Origin: Mobula hypostoma
Lineage: Eukaryota
Assembly (NCBI RefSeq): GCF_963921235.1
Contig: NW_026948143.1
Location: 124,001-169,845 of the forward strand
DNA length: 45,845 nucleotides
Direction: 5' to 3'
The notes below the pieces were generated by a model. It made no database searches, had not been told where the DNA came from, and saw only the letters and a list, made by a program, of their open reading frames with translations. The first letter of the stretch is position 1; every line of letters begins with the position of its first letter. Below, piece by piece: positions 22,201-35,788 of this stretch. The translations under genes were made by a program, and so were the position numbers.

Positions 22201-24867
22201 TGTGTGAGGGAGTGCTGTGAGATGACTGTGTGTGTGAGGGAGTGCTGTGGGATGTCTCTCTATGTGAGGGGGTGCTGTGGGATTTCTGTGTGTGTGAGGG
22301 AGTGCTGTGAGATGACTGTGTGTGTGAGGGACTGCTGTGGGATGTCTGTGTGTTTGCGGGAGTGCTGTGGGATTTCTGTGTGTGTGAGGGAGTGCTGTGG
22401 ACTGTCTGTGTATATGAGGGAGTGCTGTGAGATGTCTGTGTGTGTGAGGGACTGCTGTGGGATGTCTGTGTGTGTGAGGGAGTGCTGTGGGATATCTGTG
22501 TGTTCGAGGGTGTGCTGTGAGATGTCTGTGTGCGTGAGGGAGTGCTGTGGGATGTCTCTGTGTGTGAGGGAGTGCAGTGGGATGTCTCTGTCTGTGAGGG
22601 AGTGCTGTGGGATGTCTGTGTATGTGAGGGAGTGCAGTGAGATGTCTGTGTGTGTGAGGGAGTGCTGTGGGATGTCTGTGTGTGTGAGGGAGTGCTGTGG
22701 GATGTCTCTCTATGTGAGGGGGTGCTGTGGGATTTCTGTGTGTGTGAGGGAGTGCTGTGAGATGTCTGTGTGTGTGAGGGATTGCTGTGGGATGTCTCTC
22801 TATGTGAGGGGGTGCTGTGGGATGTCTGTGTGTGTGAGGGAGTGCTGAGGGATGTCTGTGTGTGTGAGGGAGTGCTGTGGGATGTCTGTGTGTGAGGGAG
22901 TGCTGTGGGATGTCTGTGTGTGTGAGGGAGTGCTGTGGGATGTCTGTGTGTGTGAGGGAGTGCTGTGGGATGTCTCTCTATGTGAGGGGGTGCTGTGGGA
23001 TTTCTGTGTGTGTGAGGGAGTGCTGTGAGATGTCTGTGTGTGTGAGGGATTGCTCTGGGATGTCTCTCTATGCGAGGGGGTGCTGTGGGATGTCTGTGTG
23101 TGTGAGGGAGTGTTGAGTGATGTCTGTGTGTGTGAGGGAGTGCTGTGGGATGTCTGTGTGTGTGAGTGAGTGCTGTGGACTGTCTGTGTGTGTGAGGGAG
23201 TGCTGTGGGATGTCTGTGTGTTTGAGGGAGTGCTGTGGGATGTCTGTGTGTGTGAGGGAGTGCTGTGGACTGTCTGTGTGTGTGAGGGAGTGCTGTGGGA
23301 TGTCTGTGTGTTTGAGGGAGTGCTGTGGGACGTCTGTGCATGTGAGGGTGTGCTGTGGGATGTCTCTGTGTGTGAGGGAGTGCCGTGAGATGTTTGTGTG
23401 TGTGAGGGAGTGCTGTGGGATGTCTGTGTGTGTGTCAATGAGTGCTGTGGGATGTCTGCGTGTTTGAGGGAGTGCTGTGGGATGTCTCTGTTTGTGAAGG
23501 AGTGCTGTGGGATGTGTGTGTGTGTGAGGGAGTGCTGTGAGATGTCTGTGTGTGTGAGGGAGTGCTGTGGGATGTTTGTGTGTGTGAGGGAGTGCTGTGG
23601 GATGTCTGTGTGTGTGACGGAGTGCTGTGGGATGTCTGGGTGTGTGAGGGAGTGCTGTGGGATGTCTGTGTGTGTGAGGGAGTGCTGTGAGATGTCTGTG
23701 TTTTCGAGGGAGTGCTGTGAGACGTCTGTGTGTGTGAGGGAGTGCTGTGGGATGTCTCTGTGTGTGAGGGAGTGCTGTGAGATGTGTGTGTGTGAGGAGT
23801 CTGGGATGTCTCTGTATGTGAGGGAGTGCTGTGGGATGTCTGTGTGTGTGAGGGAGTGCTGTGGGATGTCTGTGTGTGTGAGGGAGTGCTGTGGGATGTC
23901 TGTGTGTGTGAGGGAGTGCTGTGGGATGTCTCTGTTTGTGAGGGAGTGCTGTGGGATGTCTGTGTGTGTGAGGGAGTGCTGTGAGATGTCTGTGTGTGTG
24001 AGGGAGTGCTGTGGGATGTCTCTGTGTGTGAGGGAGTGCTGTGGGATGTCTGTGTGTGTGAGGGAGTGCTGTGGGATGTCTGTGTGTGTGAGGGAGTGCT
24101 GTGGGATGTCTGTGTGTGTGAGGGAGTGCTGTGGGATGTCTGTGTGTGTGAGGGAGTGCTGTGGGATGTCTGTGTGTGTGAGGGAGTGCTGTGGGATGTC
24201 TGTGTGTGTGAGGGAGTGCTGTGGGATGTCTGTGTGTGTGACGGAGTGCTGTGGGATGTCTGTGTGTGTGAGGGAGTGCTGTGGGATGTCTGTGTGTGTG
24301 AGGGAGTGCTGTGGGATGTCTGTGTGTGTGAGGGAGTGCTGTGGGATGTCTGTGTGTGTGAGGGAGTGCTGTGGGATGTCTGTGTGTGTGAGGGAGTGCT
24401 GTGGGATGTCTGTGTGTGTGAGGGAGTGCTGTGGGATGTCTGTGTGTGTGAGGGAGTGCTGTGGGATGTCTGTGTGTGTGAGGGAGTGCTGTGGGATGTC
24501 TGTGTGTGTGAGGGAGTGTTGTGGGATGTCTGTCTGTGGGATGTCTGTGTGTGAGGGAGTGCTGTGGGATGTCTGTGTGTTGTGAGGGAGTGTCTGTGGG
24601 ATGTCTGTGTGTGTGAGGGATTCTTGTGTGAGGGTGTGCTGTGATGTCTGTGTGTGTGAGGGAGTGCTGTGGGATGTCTGTGTGTGTGAGGGAGTGCTGT
24701 GGGATGTCTCTGTGTGTGAGGGAGTGCTGTGGGATGTCTGTGTGTGTGAGGGAGTGCTGTGGGATGTCTGTGTGTGTGAGGGAGTGCTGTGAGATGTCTG
24801 TGTGTGTGAGGGAGTGCTGTGGGATGTCTGTGTGTGTGAGGGAGTGCTGTGGGATGTCTGTGTGTGT

Positions 24868-24945
24868 GACAGTCTCACTCGCTGCTCCCAGTGGAAGGTG
24901 TCTGTGTGTCTGACAGTTTCACTCGCTGCTCCCGCGGAATGTGTC
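24868..24945 (+). repeat. Two isolated units of the 44-bp satellite
   Basis: gacagtctcactcgctgctcccagtggaaggtgtctgtgtgtct followed by gacagtttcactcgctgctcccgcggaatgtgtc. Confidence 0.85.
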
Positions 24946-26415
24946 CGTGTGTGTGAGGGATGCTGTGGGATGTCTGTGTGTGTGAGGGAGTCTGTGGGAT
25001 GTCTGTGTGTGTGAGGGAGTGCTGTGGGATGTCTGTGTGTGTGGGATGTCTGTGTGTGTGAGGGAGTGCTGTGGGATGTCTGTGTGTGTGAGGGAGTGCT
25101 GTGGGATGTCTGTGTGTGTGAGGGAGTGCTGTGGGATGTCTGTGTGTGTGAGGGAGGTGCTGTGGGATGTCTGTGTGTGTGAGGGAGTGCTGTGGGATGT
25201 CTGTGTGTGTGAGGGAGTGCTGTGAGATGTCTGTGTGTGTGAGGGAGTTCTGTGGGATGTCTCTGTGTGTGAGGGAGTGCTGTGGGATGTCTGTGTGTGT
25301 GAGGGAGTGCTGTGGGATGTCTGTGTGTGTGAGGGAGTGCTGTGGGATGTCTCTGTGTGTGCTGAGGGAGTGTGCTGTGGGATGTCTGTGTGTGTGAGGG
25401 AGTGCTGTGGATGTCTGTGAGGGAGTGCTGTGGGATGTCTGTGTATGTGAGGGAGTGCTGTGGGATGTCTGTGTGTGTGAGGGAGTGCTGTGGGATGTGT
25501 GTCTGTGTTTGTGTGTGTGAGGATGCTGTGGATGTGCTGTGGGATGTCTCTGTGTGTGTGAGGGAGTGCTGTGTCTGGATGAGGGAGTCTGTGTGTGTGA
25601 GGGAGTGCTGTGGGATGTCTGTGTGTGTGAGGGAGTGCTGTGGGATGTCTGTGTGTGTGAGGGAGTGCTGTGGGATGTCTGTGTGTGTGAGGGAGTGCTG
25701 TGGGATGTCTGTGTGTGTGAGGGAGTGCTGTGGGATGTCTGTGTGTGTGAGGGAGTGCTGTGGATGTCTGTGTGTGTGAGGGAGTGCTGTGGGATGTCTG
25801 TGTGTGTGAGGGAGTGCTGTGGGATGTCTCTCTGTATGTGAGGGAGTGCTGTGAGATGTCTGTGTGTGTGAGGGAGTGCTGTGGGATGTCTGTGTGTGTG
25901 AGGGAGTGCTGTGGGATGTCTGTGTGTGTGAGGGAGTGCTGTGGGATGACTGTGTGTGTGAGGGAGTGCTGTGGGATGTCTGTGTGTGTGAGGGAGTGCT
26001 GTGGGATGTCTGTGTGTGTGAGGGAGTGCTGTGGGATGTCTGTGTGTGTGAGGGAGTGCTGTGGGATGTCTGTGTGTGTGAGGGAGTGCTGTGGGATGTC
26101 TGTGTGTGTGAGGGAGTGCTGTGGGATGTCTGTGTGTGTGAGGGAGTGCTGTGGGATGTCTCTGTGTGTGAGGGAGTGCTGTGGGATGTCTGTGTGTGTG
26201 AGGGAGTGCTGTGGGATGTCTGTGTGTGTGAGGGAGTGCTGTGGGATGTCTGTGTGTGTGAGGGAGTGCTGTGGGATGTCTGTGTGTGTGAGGGAGTGCT
26301 GTGGGATGTCTGTGTGTGTGAGGGAGTGCTGTGGGATGTCTGTGTGTGTGAGGGAGTGCTGTGGGATGTCTGTGTGTGTGAGGGAGTGCTGTGGGATGTC
26401 TGTGTGTCTGTGTGT

Positions 26416-26489
26416 GACAGTCTCACTCGCTGCTCCCGTGGTAAGGTGTCTGTGTGTGTCACAGTCTCACTCGCTGCTCCCGGGGGAAG
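26416..26489 (+). repeat. Two isolated units of the 44-bp satellite
   Basis: gacagtctcactcgctgctcccgtggtaagg... followed by cacagtctcactcgctgctcccgggggaag. Confidence 0.85.
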
Positions 26490-29400
26490 TGGTGTCTGTG
26501 TGTGTGAGGGAGTGCTGTGGGATGTCTGTGTGTGTGAGGGAGTGCTGTGGGATGTCTGTGTGTGTGAAGGGAGTGCTGTGGGATGTCTGTGTGTGTGAGG
26601 GAGTGCTGTGGGATGTCTGTGTGTGTGAGGGAGTGCTGTGGGATGTCTGTGTGTGTGAGGGAGTGCTGTGGGATGTCTCTCTATGTGAGGGAGTGCTGTG
26701 GGATGTCTGTGTGTGTGAGGGAGTGCTGTGGGATGTCTGTGTGTGTGAGGGAGTGCTGTGGGATGTCTGTGTGTTTGAGGGAGTGCTGTGGGATGTCTGT
26801 GTGTGTGAGGGAGTGCTGTGGGATGTCTGTGTGTGTGAGGGAGTGCTGTGGGATGTCTCTGTGTGTGAGGGAGTGGTGTGGGCTATGTCTGTGTGTGTGA
26901 GGGAGTGCTGTGGGATGTCTGTGTGTGTGAGGGAGTGCTGTGGGATGTCTGTGTGTGTGAGGGAGTGCTGTGGGATGTCTGTGTGTGTGAGGGAGTGCTG
27001 TGGGATGTCTGTGTGTGTGAGGGAGTGCTGTGGGATGTCTGTGCGTGTGAGGGAGTGCTGTGAGATGTCTGTGTGTGTGAGGGAGTGCTGTGAGGTGTCT
27101 GTGTGTGAGGGACTGCTGTGGGATATCTGTGTGTGTGAGGGGGTGCTGTGGGATTTCTGTGTGTGTGAGGGTGTGCTGTGAGATGTCTGTGTGTGTGAGG
27201 GATTGCTGTGGGATGTCTCTCTATGTGAGGGGGTGCTGTGGGATGTCTGTGTGTGTGAGGGAGTGGTGTGGGATGTCTGTGTGTGTGAGGGAGTGCTGTG
27301 GGATGTCTGTGTGTTTGAGGGAGTGCTGTGGGATGTCTGTGTGTGTGAGGGAGTGCTGTGGGATGTCTGTGTGTGTGAGGGAGTGCTGTGGGATGACTGT
27401 GTGTGTGAGGGAGTGCTGTGGGATGTCTGTGTGTGTGAGGGAGTGCTGTGGGATGTCTGTGTGTGTGAGGGAGTGCAGTGGGATGTCTGTGTGTGTGAGG
27501 GAGTGCTGTGGGATGTCTGTGTGTGTGAGGGAGTGCTGTGAGATGTCTGTGTGTGTGAGGGAGTGCTGTGGGATGTCTGTGTATGTGAGGGGGTGCTGTG
27601 GGATTTCTGTGTGTGTGAGGGAGTGCTGTGAGATGACTGTGTGTGTGAGGGACTGCTGTGGGATGTCTGTGTGTTTGCGGGAGTGCTGTGGGATTTCTGT
27701 GTGTGTGAGGGAGTGCTGTGGACTGTCTGTGTATATGAGGGAGTGCTGTGAGATGTCTGTGTGTGAGGGACTGCTGTGGGATGTCTGTGTGTGTGAGGGA
27801 GTGCTGTGGGATTTCTGTGTGTGTGAGGGAGTGCTGTGAGATGTCTGTGTATATGCGTGAGGGAGTGCTGTGAGATGTCTGTGTGTGAGGGACTGCTGTG
27901 GGATGTCTGTGTGTGTGAGGGAGTGCTGTGGGATATCTGTGTGTTCGAGGGTGTGCTGTGAGATGTCTGTGTGCGTGTGGGAGTGCTGTGGGATGTCTCT
28001 GTGTGTGAGGGAGTGCAGTGGGATGTCTCTGTGTGTGAGGGAGTGCTGTGGGATGTCTGTGTATGTGAGGGAGTGCTGTGGGATGTCTCTGTGTGTGAGG
28101 GAGTGCTGTGGGATGTCTGTGTGTGTGAGGGAGTGCTGTGGGATGTCTGTGTGTGTGAGGGAGTGCTGTGGGATGTCTGTGTGTGTGAGGGAGTGCTGTG
28201 GGATGTCTGTGTGTGTGAGGGAGTGCTGTGAGTGTCTGTGTGTATGTGAGGGAGTGTCTGGGATGTCTGTGTGTGTGAGGGAGTGCTGTGGGATGTCTGT
28301 GTGTGTGAGGGAGTGCTGTGGGATGTCTGTGTGTGTGAGGGAGTGCTGTGAGATGTCTGTGTGTGTGAGGGAGTGCTGTGGGATGTCTCTGTATGTGAGG
28401 GAGTGCTGTGAGATGTCTGTGTGTGTGAGGGAGTGCTGTGGGATGTCTGTGTGTTTTAGGCAGTGCTGTGCGATGTCTGTGTGTGTGAGGGAGTTCTGTG
28501 GGATGTCTGTGTGTGTGAGGGAGTGCTGTGGGATGACTGTGTGTGTGAACGAGTGCTGTGGGATGTCTGTGCGTGTGAGGGAGTGCTGTGAGATGTCTGT
28601 GTGTGAGGGACTGCTGTGGGATGTCTGTATGTGTGAGGGAGTTCTGTGGGATGTCTGTGTGTGTGAGGGAGTGCTGTGGGATGTCTGTGTGTGTGTCAAT
28701 GAGTGCTGTGGGATGTCTGCGTGTTTGAGGGAGTGCTGTGGGATGTCTCTGTGTGTGAGGGAGTGCTGTGGGATGTCTGTGTGTGTGAGGGAGTGCTGTG
28801 AGATGTCTGTGTGTGTGAGGGAGTGCTGTGGGATGTCTGTGTGTGTGAGGGAGTGCTGTGGGATGTCTGTGTGTGTGAGGGAGTGCTGTGAGATGTCTGT
28901 GTGTGAGGGAGTGCTGTGGGATGTCTGTGTGTGTGAGGGAGTGCTGTGGGATGTCTGTGTGTGTGAGGGAGTGCTGTGGGATGTCTGTGTGTGTGAGGGA
29001 GTGCTGTGGGATGTCTGTGTGTGTGAGGGAGTGCTGTGGGATGTCTGTGTGTGTGAGGGAGGGAGTGCTGTGTGAGGGAGTGCTGTCTGTGTGTGTGAGT
29101 GAGTGCTGTGGACTGTCTGTGTGTGTGAGGGAGTGCTGTGGGATGTCTGTGTGTTTGAGGGAGTGCTGTGGGATGTCTGTGTGTGTGAGGGAGTGCTGTG
29201 GACTGTCTGTGTGTGTGAGGGAGTGCTGTGGGATGTCTGTGTGTTTGAGGGAGTGCTGTGGGACGTCTGTGCATGTGAGGGTGTGCTGTGGGATGTCTCT
29301 GTGTGTGAGGGAGTGCCGTGAGATGTTTGTGTGTGTGAGGGAGTGCTGTGGGATGTCTGTGTGTGTGTCAATGAGTGCTGTGGGATGTCTGCGTGTTTGA

Positions 29401-32400
29401 GGGAGTGCTGTGGGATGTCTGTGTGTGTGAGGGAGTGCTGTGGGATGTCTGTGTGTGTGAGGGAGTGCTGTGAGATGTCTGTGTGTGTGAGGGAGTGCTG
29501 TGGGATGTTTGTGTGTGTGAGGGAGTGCTGTGGGATGTCTGTGTGTGTGACGGAGTGCTGTGGGATGTCTGGGTGTGTGTGTGGATGTCTGTGTGTGTGA
29601 GGGAGTGCTGTGGGATGTCTGTGTGTGTGAGGGAGTGCTGTGGGATGTCTGTGTGTGTGAGGGAGTGCTGTGGGATGTCTGTGTGTGTGAGGGAGTGCTG
29701 TGGGATGTCTGTGTGTGTGAGGGAGTGCTGCTGGGATGTCTGTGTGTGTGAGGGAGTGCTGTGGGATGTCTGGGTGTGTGAGGGAGTGTTGTGGGATGTC
29801 TGCGTGTGTGAGGGAGTGCTGTGGGACGTCTGTGTGTTTGAGGGAATGCTGTGCGATGTCTGTGTGTGTGAGGGAGTGTTCTGTGATGTTTGTGTGTGTG
29901 AGGGAGTACTGTGGGATGACTGTGTGTGTGAGGGACTGCTGTGGGTTGTCTGTGTGTGTGAGGGAGTTCTGTGGGATGTCTCTGTGTGTGAGGGAGTGCT
30001 GTGGGATGTCTGTGTGTGTGAGGGAGTGTTGTGGGATGTCTGTGTATGTGAGGGAGTGCTGTGAGATGTCTGTGTGTGTGAGGGAGTGCTGTGGGATGTC
30101 TGTGTTTGTAAGGGAGTTCTGTGGGATTTCTCTGTATGTGAGGGAGTGCTGTGGGATGTCTGTGTGTGTGAGGGAGTGTTGTGGGTTGTCTGCGTTTGTG
30201 AGGGAGTGCTGTGGGATGTCTGTCTGTTTGAGGGAGGGCTGTGCGATATCTGTGTGTGTGAGGGAGTGTTCTGTGATGTTTGTGTGTGTGAGGGAGTACT
30301 GTGGGATGTCTGTGTGTGTGAGGGAGTGCTGTGGGATGTCTGTGTGTGTGAGGGAGTGCTGTGGGATGTCTCTGTATGTGAGGGAGTGCTGTGGGATGTC
30401 TGTGTGTGTGAGGGAGTGCTGTGGGATGTCTGTGTGTGTGAGGGAGTGCTGTGGGATGTCTCTCTAGGTGAGGGAGTGCTGTGGGATGTCTGTGTGTGTG
30501 AGGGAGTGCTGTGAGATGTCTCTGTATGTGAGGGAGTGCTGTGGGATGTCTGTGTGTGTGAGGGAGTGCTGTGGGATGTCTGTGTGTGTGAGGGAGTGCT
30601 GTGGGATGTCTGTGTGTGTGAGGGAGTGCTGTGGGATGTCTGTGTGTGTGAGGGAGTGCTGTGGGATGTCTGTGTGTTTTAGGCAGTGCTGTGGGATGTC
30701 TGTGTGTGTGAGGGAGTTCTGTGGGATGTCTGTGTGTGTGAGGGAGTGCTGTGGGATGTCTGTGCGTGTGAGGGATTGCTGAGAGATGTCTGTGGGTGTG
30801 AGGGAGTGCTGTGAGGTGTCTGTGTGTGAGGGACTGCTGTGGGATATCTGTGTGTGTGAGGGGGTGCTGTGGGATTTCTGTGTGTGTGAGGGTGTGCTGT
30901 GAGATGTCTGTGTGTGTGAGGGATTGCTGTGGGATGTCTCTCTATGCGAGGGGGTGCTGTGATGTCTGTGTGTGTGAGGGAGTGATGTGGGATGTCTGTG
31001 TGTGTGAGGGAGTGCTGTGGGATGTCTGGGTGTGTGAGGGAGTGCTGTGGGATGTCTGTGTGTTTGAGGGAGTGCTTTGGGATGTCTGTGTGTGTGAGGG
31101 AGTGCTGTGAGATGTCTCTGTATGTGAGGGAGTGCTGTGGGATGTCTATGTGTGTGAGGGAGTGTTGTGGGATGTTTGTGTGTGTGAGGGAGTGCTGTGG
31201 GATGACTGTGTGTGTGAACGAGTGCTGTGGGATGTCTGTGCGTGTGAGGGAGTGCTGTGAGATGTCTGTGTGTGAGGGACTGCTGTGGGATGTCTGTATG
31301 TGTGAGGGAGTTCTGTGGGATGTCTGTGTGTGTGAGGGAGTGCTGTGGGATGTCTGTGCGTGTGAGGGATTGCTGAGAGATGTCTGTGGGTGTGAGGGAG
31401 TGCTGTGAGGTGTCTGTGTGTGAGGGACTGCTGTGGGATATCTGTGTGTGTGAGGGGGTGCTGTGGGATTTCTGTGTGTGTGAGGGTGTGCTGTGAGATG
31501 TCTGTGTGTGTGAGGGATTGCTGTGGGATGTCTCTCTATGTGAGGGGGTGCTGTGGGATGTCTGTGTGTGTGAGGGAGTGCTGAGGGATGTCTGTGTGTG
31601 TGAGGGAGTGCTGTGGGAAGTCTGTGTGTTTGAGGGAGTGCTTTGGGATGTCTGTGTGTGTGAGGGAGTGCTGTGGACTGTCCGTGTATGTGAGGGAGTG
31701 CTCTGGGATGACTGTGTGTGTGAGGGAGTGCTGTGGGATGTCTGTGTCTGTGAGGGAGTGTTGAGGGATGTCTGTGTGTGTGAGGGAGTGCTGTGGGATG
31801 TCTGTGTGTGTGAGGGAGTGCTGTGGGATGTCTGTGTGTGTGAGGGAGTGCTGTGAGATGACTGTGTGTGTGAGGGAGTGCTGTGGGATGTCTCTCTATG
31901 TGAGGGGGTGCTGTGGGATTTCTGTGTGTGTGAGGGAGTGCTGTGAGATGACTGTGTGTGTGAGGGACTGCTGTGGGATGTCTGTGTGTTTGCGGGAGTG
32001 CTGTGGGATTTCTGTGTGTGTGAGGGAGTGCTGTGGACTGTCTGTGTATATGAGGGAGTGCTGTGAGATGTCTGTGTGTGAGGGACTGCTGTGGGATGTC
32101 TGTGTGTGTGAGGGAGTGCTGTGGGATATCTGTGTGTTCGAGGGTGTGCTGTGAGATGTCTGTGTGCGTGAGGGAGTGCTGTGGGATGTCTCTGTGTGTG
32201 AGGGAGTGCAGTGGGATGTCTCTGTCTGTGAGGGAGTGCTGTGGGATGTCTGTGTATGTGAGGGAGTGCAGTGAGATGTCTGTGTGTGTGAGGGAGTGCT
32301 GTGGGATGTCTGTGTGTATGAGGGAGTGCTGTGGGATGTCTCTCTATGTGAGGGGGTGCTGTGGGATTTCTGTGTGTGTGAGGGAGTGCTGTGAGATGTC

Positions 32401-35400
32401 TGTGTGTGTGAGGGATTGCTGTGGGATGTCTCTCTATGTGAGGGGGTGCTGTGGGATGTCTGTGTGTGTGAGGGAGTGTTGAGGGATGTCTGTGTGTGTG
32501 AGGGAGTGCTGTGGGATGTCTGTGTGTTTGAGGGAGTGCTGTGGGATGTCTGTGTGTGTGAGGGAGTGCTGTGGGATGTCTCTCTATGTGAGGGGGTGCT
32601 GTGGGATTTCTGTGTGTGTGAGGGAGTGCTGTGAGATGTCTGTGTGTGTGAGGGATTGCTCTGGGATGTCTCTCTATGCGAGGGGGTGCTGTGGGATGTC
32701 TGTGTGTGTGAGGGAGTGTTGAGTGATGTCTGTGTGTGTGAGGGAGTGCTGTGGGATGTCTGTGTGTGTGAGTGAGTGCTGTGGACTGTCTGTGTGTGTG
32801 AGGGAGTGCTGTGGGATGTCTGTGTGTTTGAGGGAGTGCTGTGGGATGTCTGTGTGTGTGAGGGAGTGCTGTGGACTGTCTGTGTGTGTGAGGGAGTGCT
32901 GTGGGATGTCTGTGTGTTTGAGGGAGTGCTGTGGGACGTCTGTGCATGTGAGGGTGTGCTGTGGGATGTCTCTGTGTGTGAGGGAGTGCCGTGAGATGTT
33001 TGTGTGTGTGAGGGAGTGCTGTGGGATGTCTGTGTGTGTGTCAATGAGTGCTGTGGGATGTCTGCGTGTTTGAGGGAGTGCTGTGGGATGTCTCTGTTTG
33101 TGAAGGAGTGCTGTGGGATGTGTGTGTGTGTGAGGGAGTGCTGTGAGATGTCTGTGTGTGTGAGGGAGTGCTGTGGGATGTTTGTGTGTGTGAGGGAGTG
33201 CTGTGGGATGTCTGTGTGTGTGACGGAGTGCTGTGGGATGTCTGGGTGTGTGAGGGAGTGCTGTGGGATGTCTGTGTGTGTGAGGGAGTGCTGTGAGATG
33301 TCTGTGTTTTGAGGGAGTGCTGTGAGAGTCTGTGTGTGTGAGGGAGTCTGTGTGTGTGAGGGAGTGCTGTGGGATGTCTGTGTGTGTGAGGGAGTGCTGT
33401 GGGATGTCTGTGTGTGTGAGGGAGTGCTGTGGGATGTCTGTGTGTGTGAGGGAGTGCTCGTGTGTGAGATGTCTGTGTGTGTGAGGGAGTGTCTGTGGGA
33501 GTGTCTTGTGTGTATGTGAGGGAGTGCTGTGTGTGTGAGGGAGTGTCTGTGGGATGTCTCTGTGTGTGAGGGAGTGCTGGGATGTCTGTGTGTGTGAGGG
33601 AGGGATGTCTGTGTTGTGAGGGAGTGCTGTGAGATGCTGTGTGTGTGAGGGAGTGCTGTGGGATGTCTGTGTTGTAGGGAGTCTGTGTGTTGTGAGGGAG
33701 TGCTGTGCGATGTCTGTGTGTGTGAGGGAGTGTTCTGTGATGTTTGTGTGTGTGAGGGAGTACTGTGGGATGACTGTGTGTGTGAGGGACTGCTGTGGGT
33801 TGTCTGTGTGTGTGACGGAGTTCTGTGGGATGTCTCTGTGTGAGGGAGTGCTGTGGGATGTCTGTGTGTGTGAGGGAGTGCTGTGGGATGTCTGTGTGTT
33901 GAGGGAGTGCTGTGGGATGTCTGTGTGTGTGAGGGAGTGCTGTGGGATGTCTGTGTGTGTGAGGGAGTGCTGTGAGATGTCTGTGTATGTGAGGGAGTGC
34001 TGTGGGATGTCTCTGTGTGTGAGGGAGTGCTGTGGGATGTCTGTGTGTGTGAGGGAGTGCTGTGGGATGTCTGTGTATGTGAGGGAGTGCTGTGAGATGT
34101 CTGTGTGTGTGAGGGAGTGCTGTGGGATGTCTGTGTGTGTGAGGGAGTGCTGTGGATGTCTGTGTGTGTGAGGGAGTGTCTGTGGGATGTCTGTGTGTGT
34201 GAGGGAGTGCTGTGGGATGTCTGTCGTGTGTGAGGGAGTGCTGTGGGATGTCTGTGTGTGTGAGGGAGTGCTGTGGGATGTCTGTGTGTGTGAGGGAGTG
34301 CTGTGGGATGTCTGTGTGTGTGAGGGAGTGCTGTGGGATGTCTGTGTGTTGTGAGGGAGTGTCTGTGGGATGTCTGTGTGTGTGAGGGAGTGCTGTGTGT
34401 TGAGGGAGTGTGGGATGTCTGTGTGTGTGTGCTGTGAGTGTTGTGAGGGAGTGCTGTGGGATGTCTGTGTGTGTGAGGGAGTGCTGTGGGATGTCTGTGT
34501 GTGTGAGGGAGTGCTGTGGGATGTTCTGTGAGGGATGATGTCTGTGTGTGTGAGGGAGTGCTGTGGGATGTCTGTGTGTGTGAGGGAGTGCTGTGGGATG
34601 TCTGTGTGTGTGAGGGAGTTCTGTGGGATGTCTGTGTGTGTGAGGGAGTGCTGTGGGATGTCTGTGTGTGTGAGGGAGTGCTGAGGGATGTTGTGTGTGT
34701 GTCTGTCTGTGTGTTTGAGGGAGTGCTGTGGGATGTCTGTGTGTGTGAGGGAGTGCTGTGGGATGTCTGTGTGTGTGAGGGAGTGCTGTGGGATGTCTGT
34801 GTGTGTGAGGGAGTGCTGTGGGATGTCTGTGTGTGTGAGGGAGTGCTGTGGGATGTCTGTGTGTGTGAGGGAGTGCTGTGGATGACTGTGTGTGTGTCTG
34901 TATGTGAGGGAGTGCTGTGGGATGTCTGTGTGTGTGAGGGAGTGCTGTGGGATGTCTGTGTGTGTGAGGGAGTGCTGTGGGATGTCTGTGTGTGTGAGGG
35001 AGTGCTGTGGGATGTCTGTGTGTGTGAGGGAGTGCTGTGGGATGTCTGTGTGTGTGAGGGAGTGCTGTGGGATGTCTGTGTGTGTGAGGGAGTGCTGTGG
35101 GATGTCTGTGTGTGTGAGGGAGTGCTGTGGGATGTCTGTGTGTGTGAGGGAGTGCTGTGGGATGTCTGTGTGTGTGAGGGAGTGCTGTGAGATGTCTGTG
35201 TGTGAGGGAGTGCTGTGGGATGTCTGTGTGTGTGAGGGAGTGCTGTGGGATGTCTCTGTGTGTGAGGGAGTGCTGTGGGATGTCTGTGTGTGTGAGGGAG
35301 TGCTGTGGGATAAAATGCCTGGTCTTTTGTGAGGGGTGCTGTGGGATGTCTGTGTGTGTGAGGGAGTGTGGGGATGTCTGTGTGTGTGAGGGAGTGCTGT

Positions 35401-35788
35401 GGGGTCTGTGTTGTGTTGAGGGAGTGTCTGTGTGTGTGAGGGAGTGCTGGGATGTCTGTGATGTGTGCTGTGGGATGTCTGTGTGTGTGTGTTGTGGGAG
35501 TGTGGGATGTCTGTGTGTGTGAGGGAGTGCTGTGGGATGTCTGTGTGTGTGAGGGAGTGCTGTGGGATGTCTGTGTGTGTGAGGGAGTGCTGTGGGATGT
35601 CTGTGTGTGTGAGGGAGTGCTGTGGGATGTCTGTGTGTGTGAGGGAGTGCTGTGGGATGTCTGTGTGTGTGAACGAGTGCTGTGGGATGTCTGTGCGTGT
35701 GAGGGAGTGCTGTGAGATGTCTGTGTGTGAGGGACTGCTGTGGGATGTCTGTATGTGTGAGGGAGTTCTGTGGGATGTCTGTGTGTGT

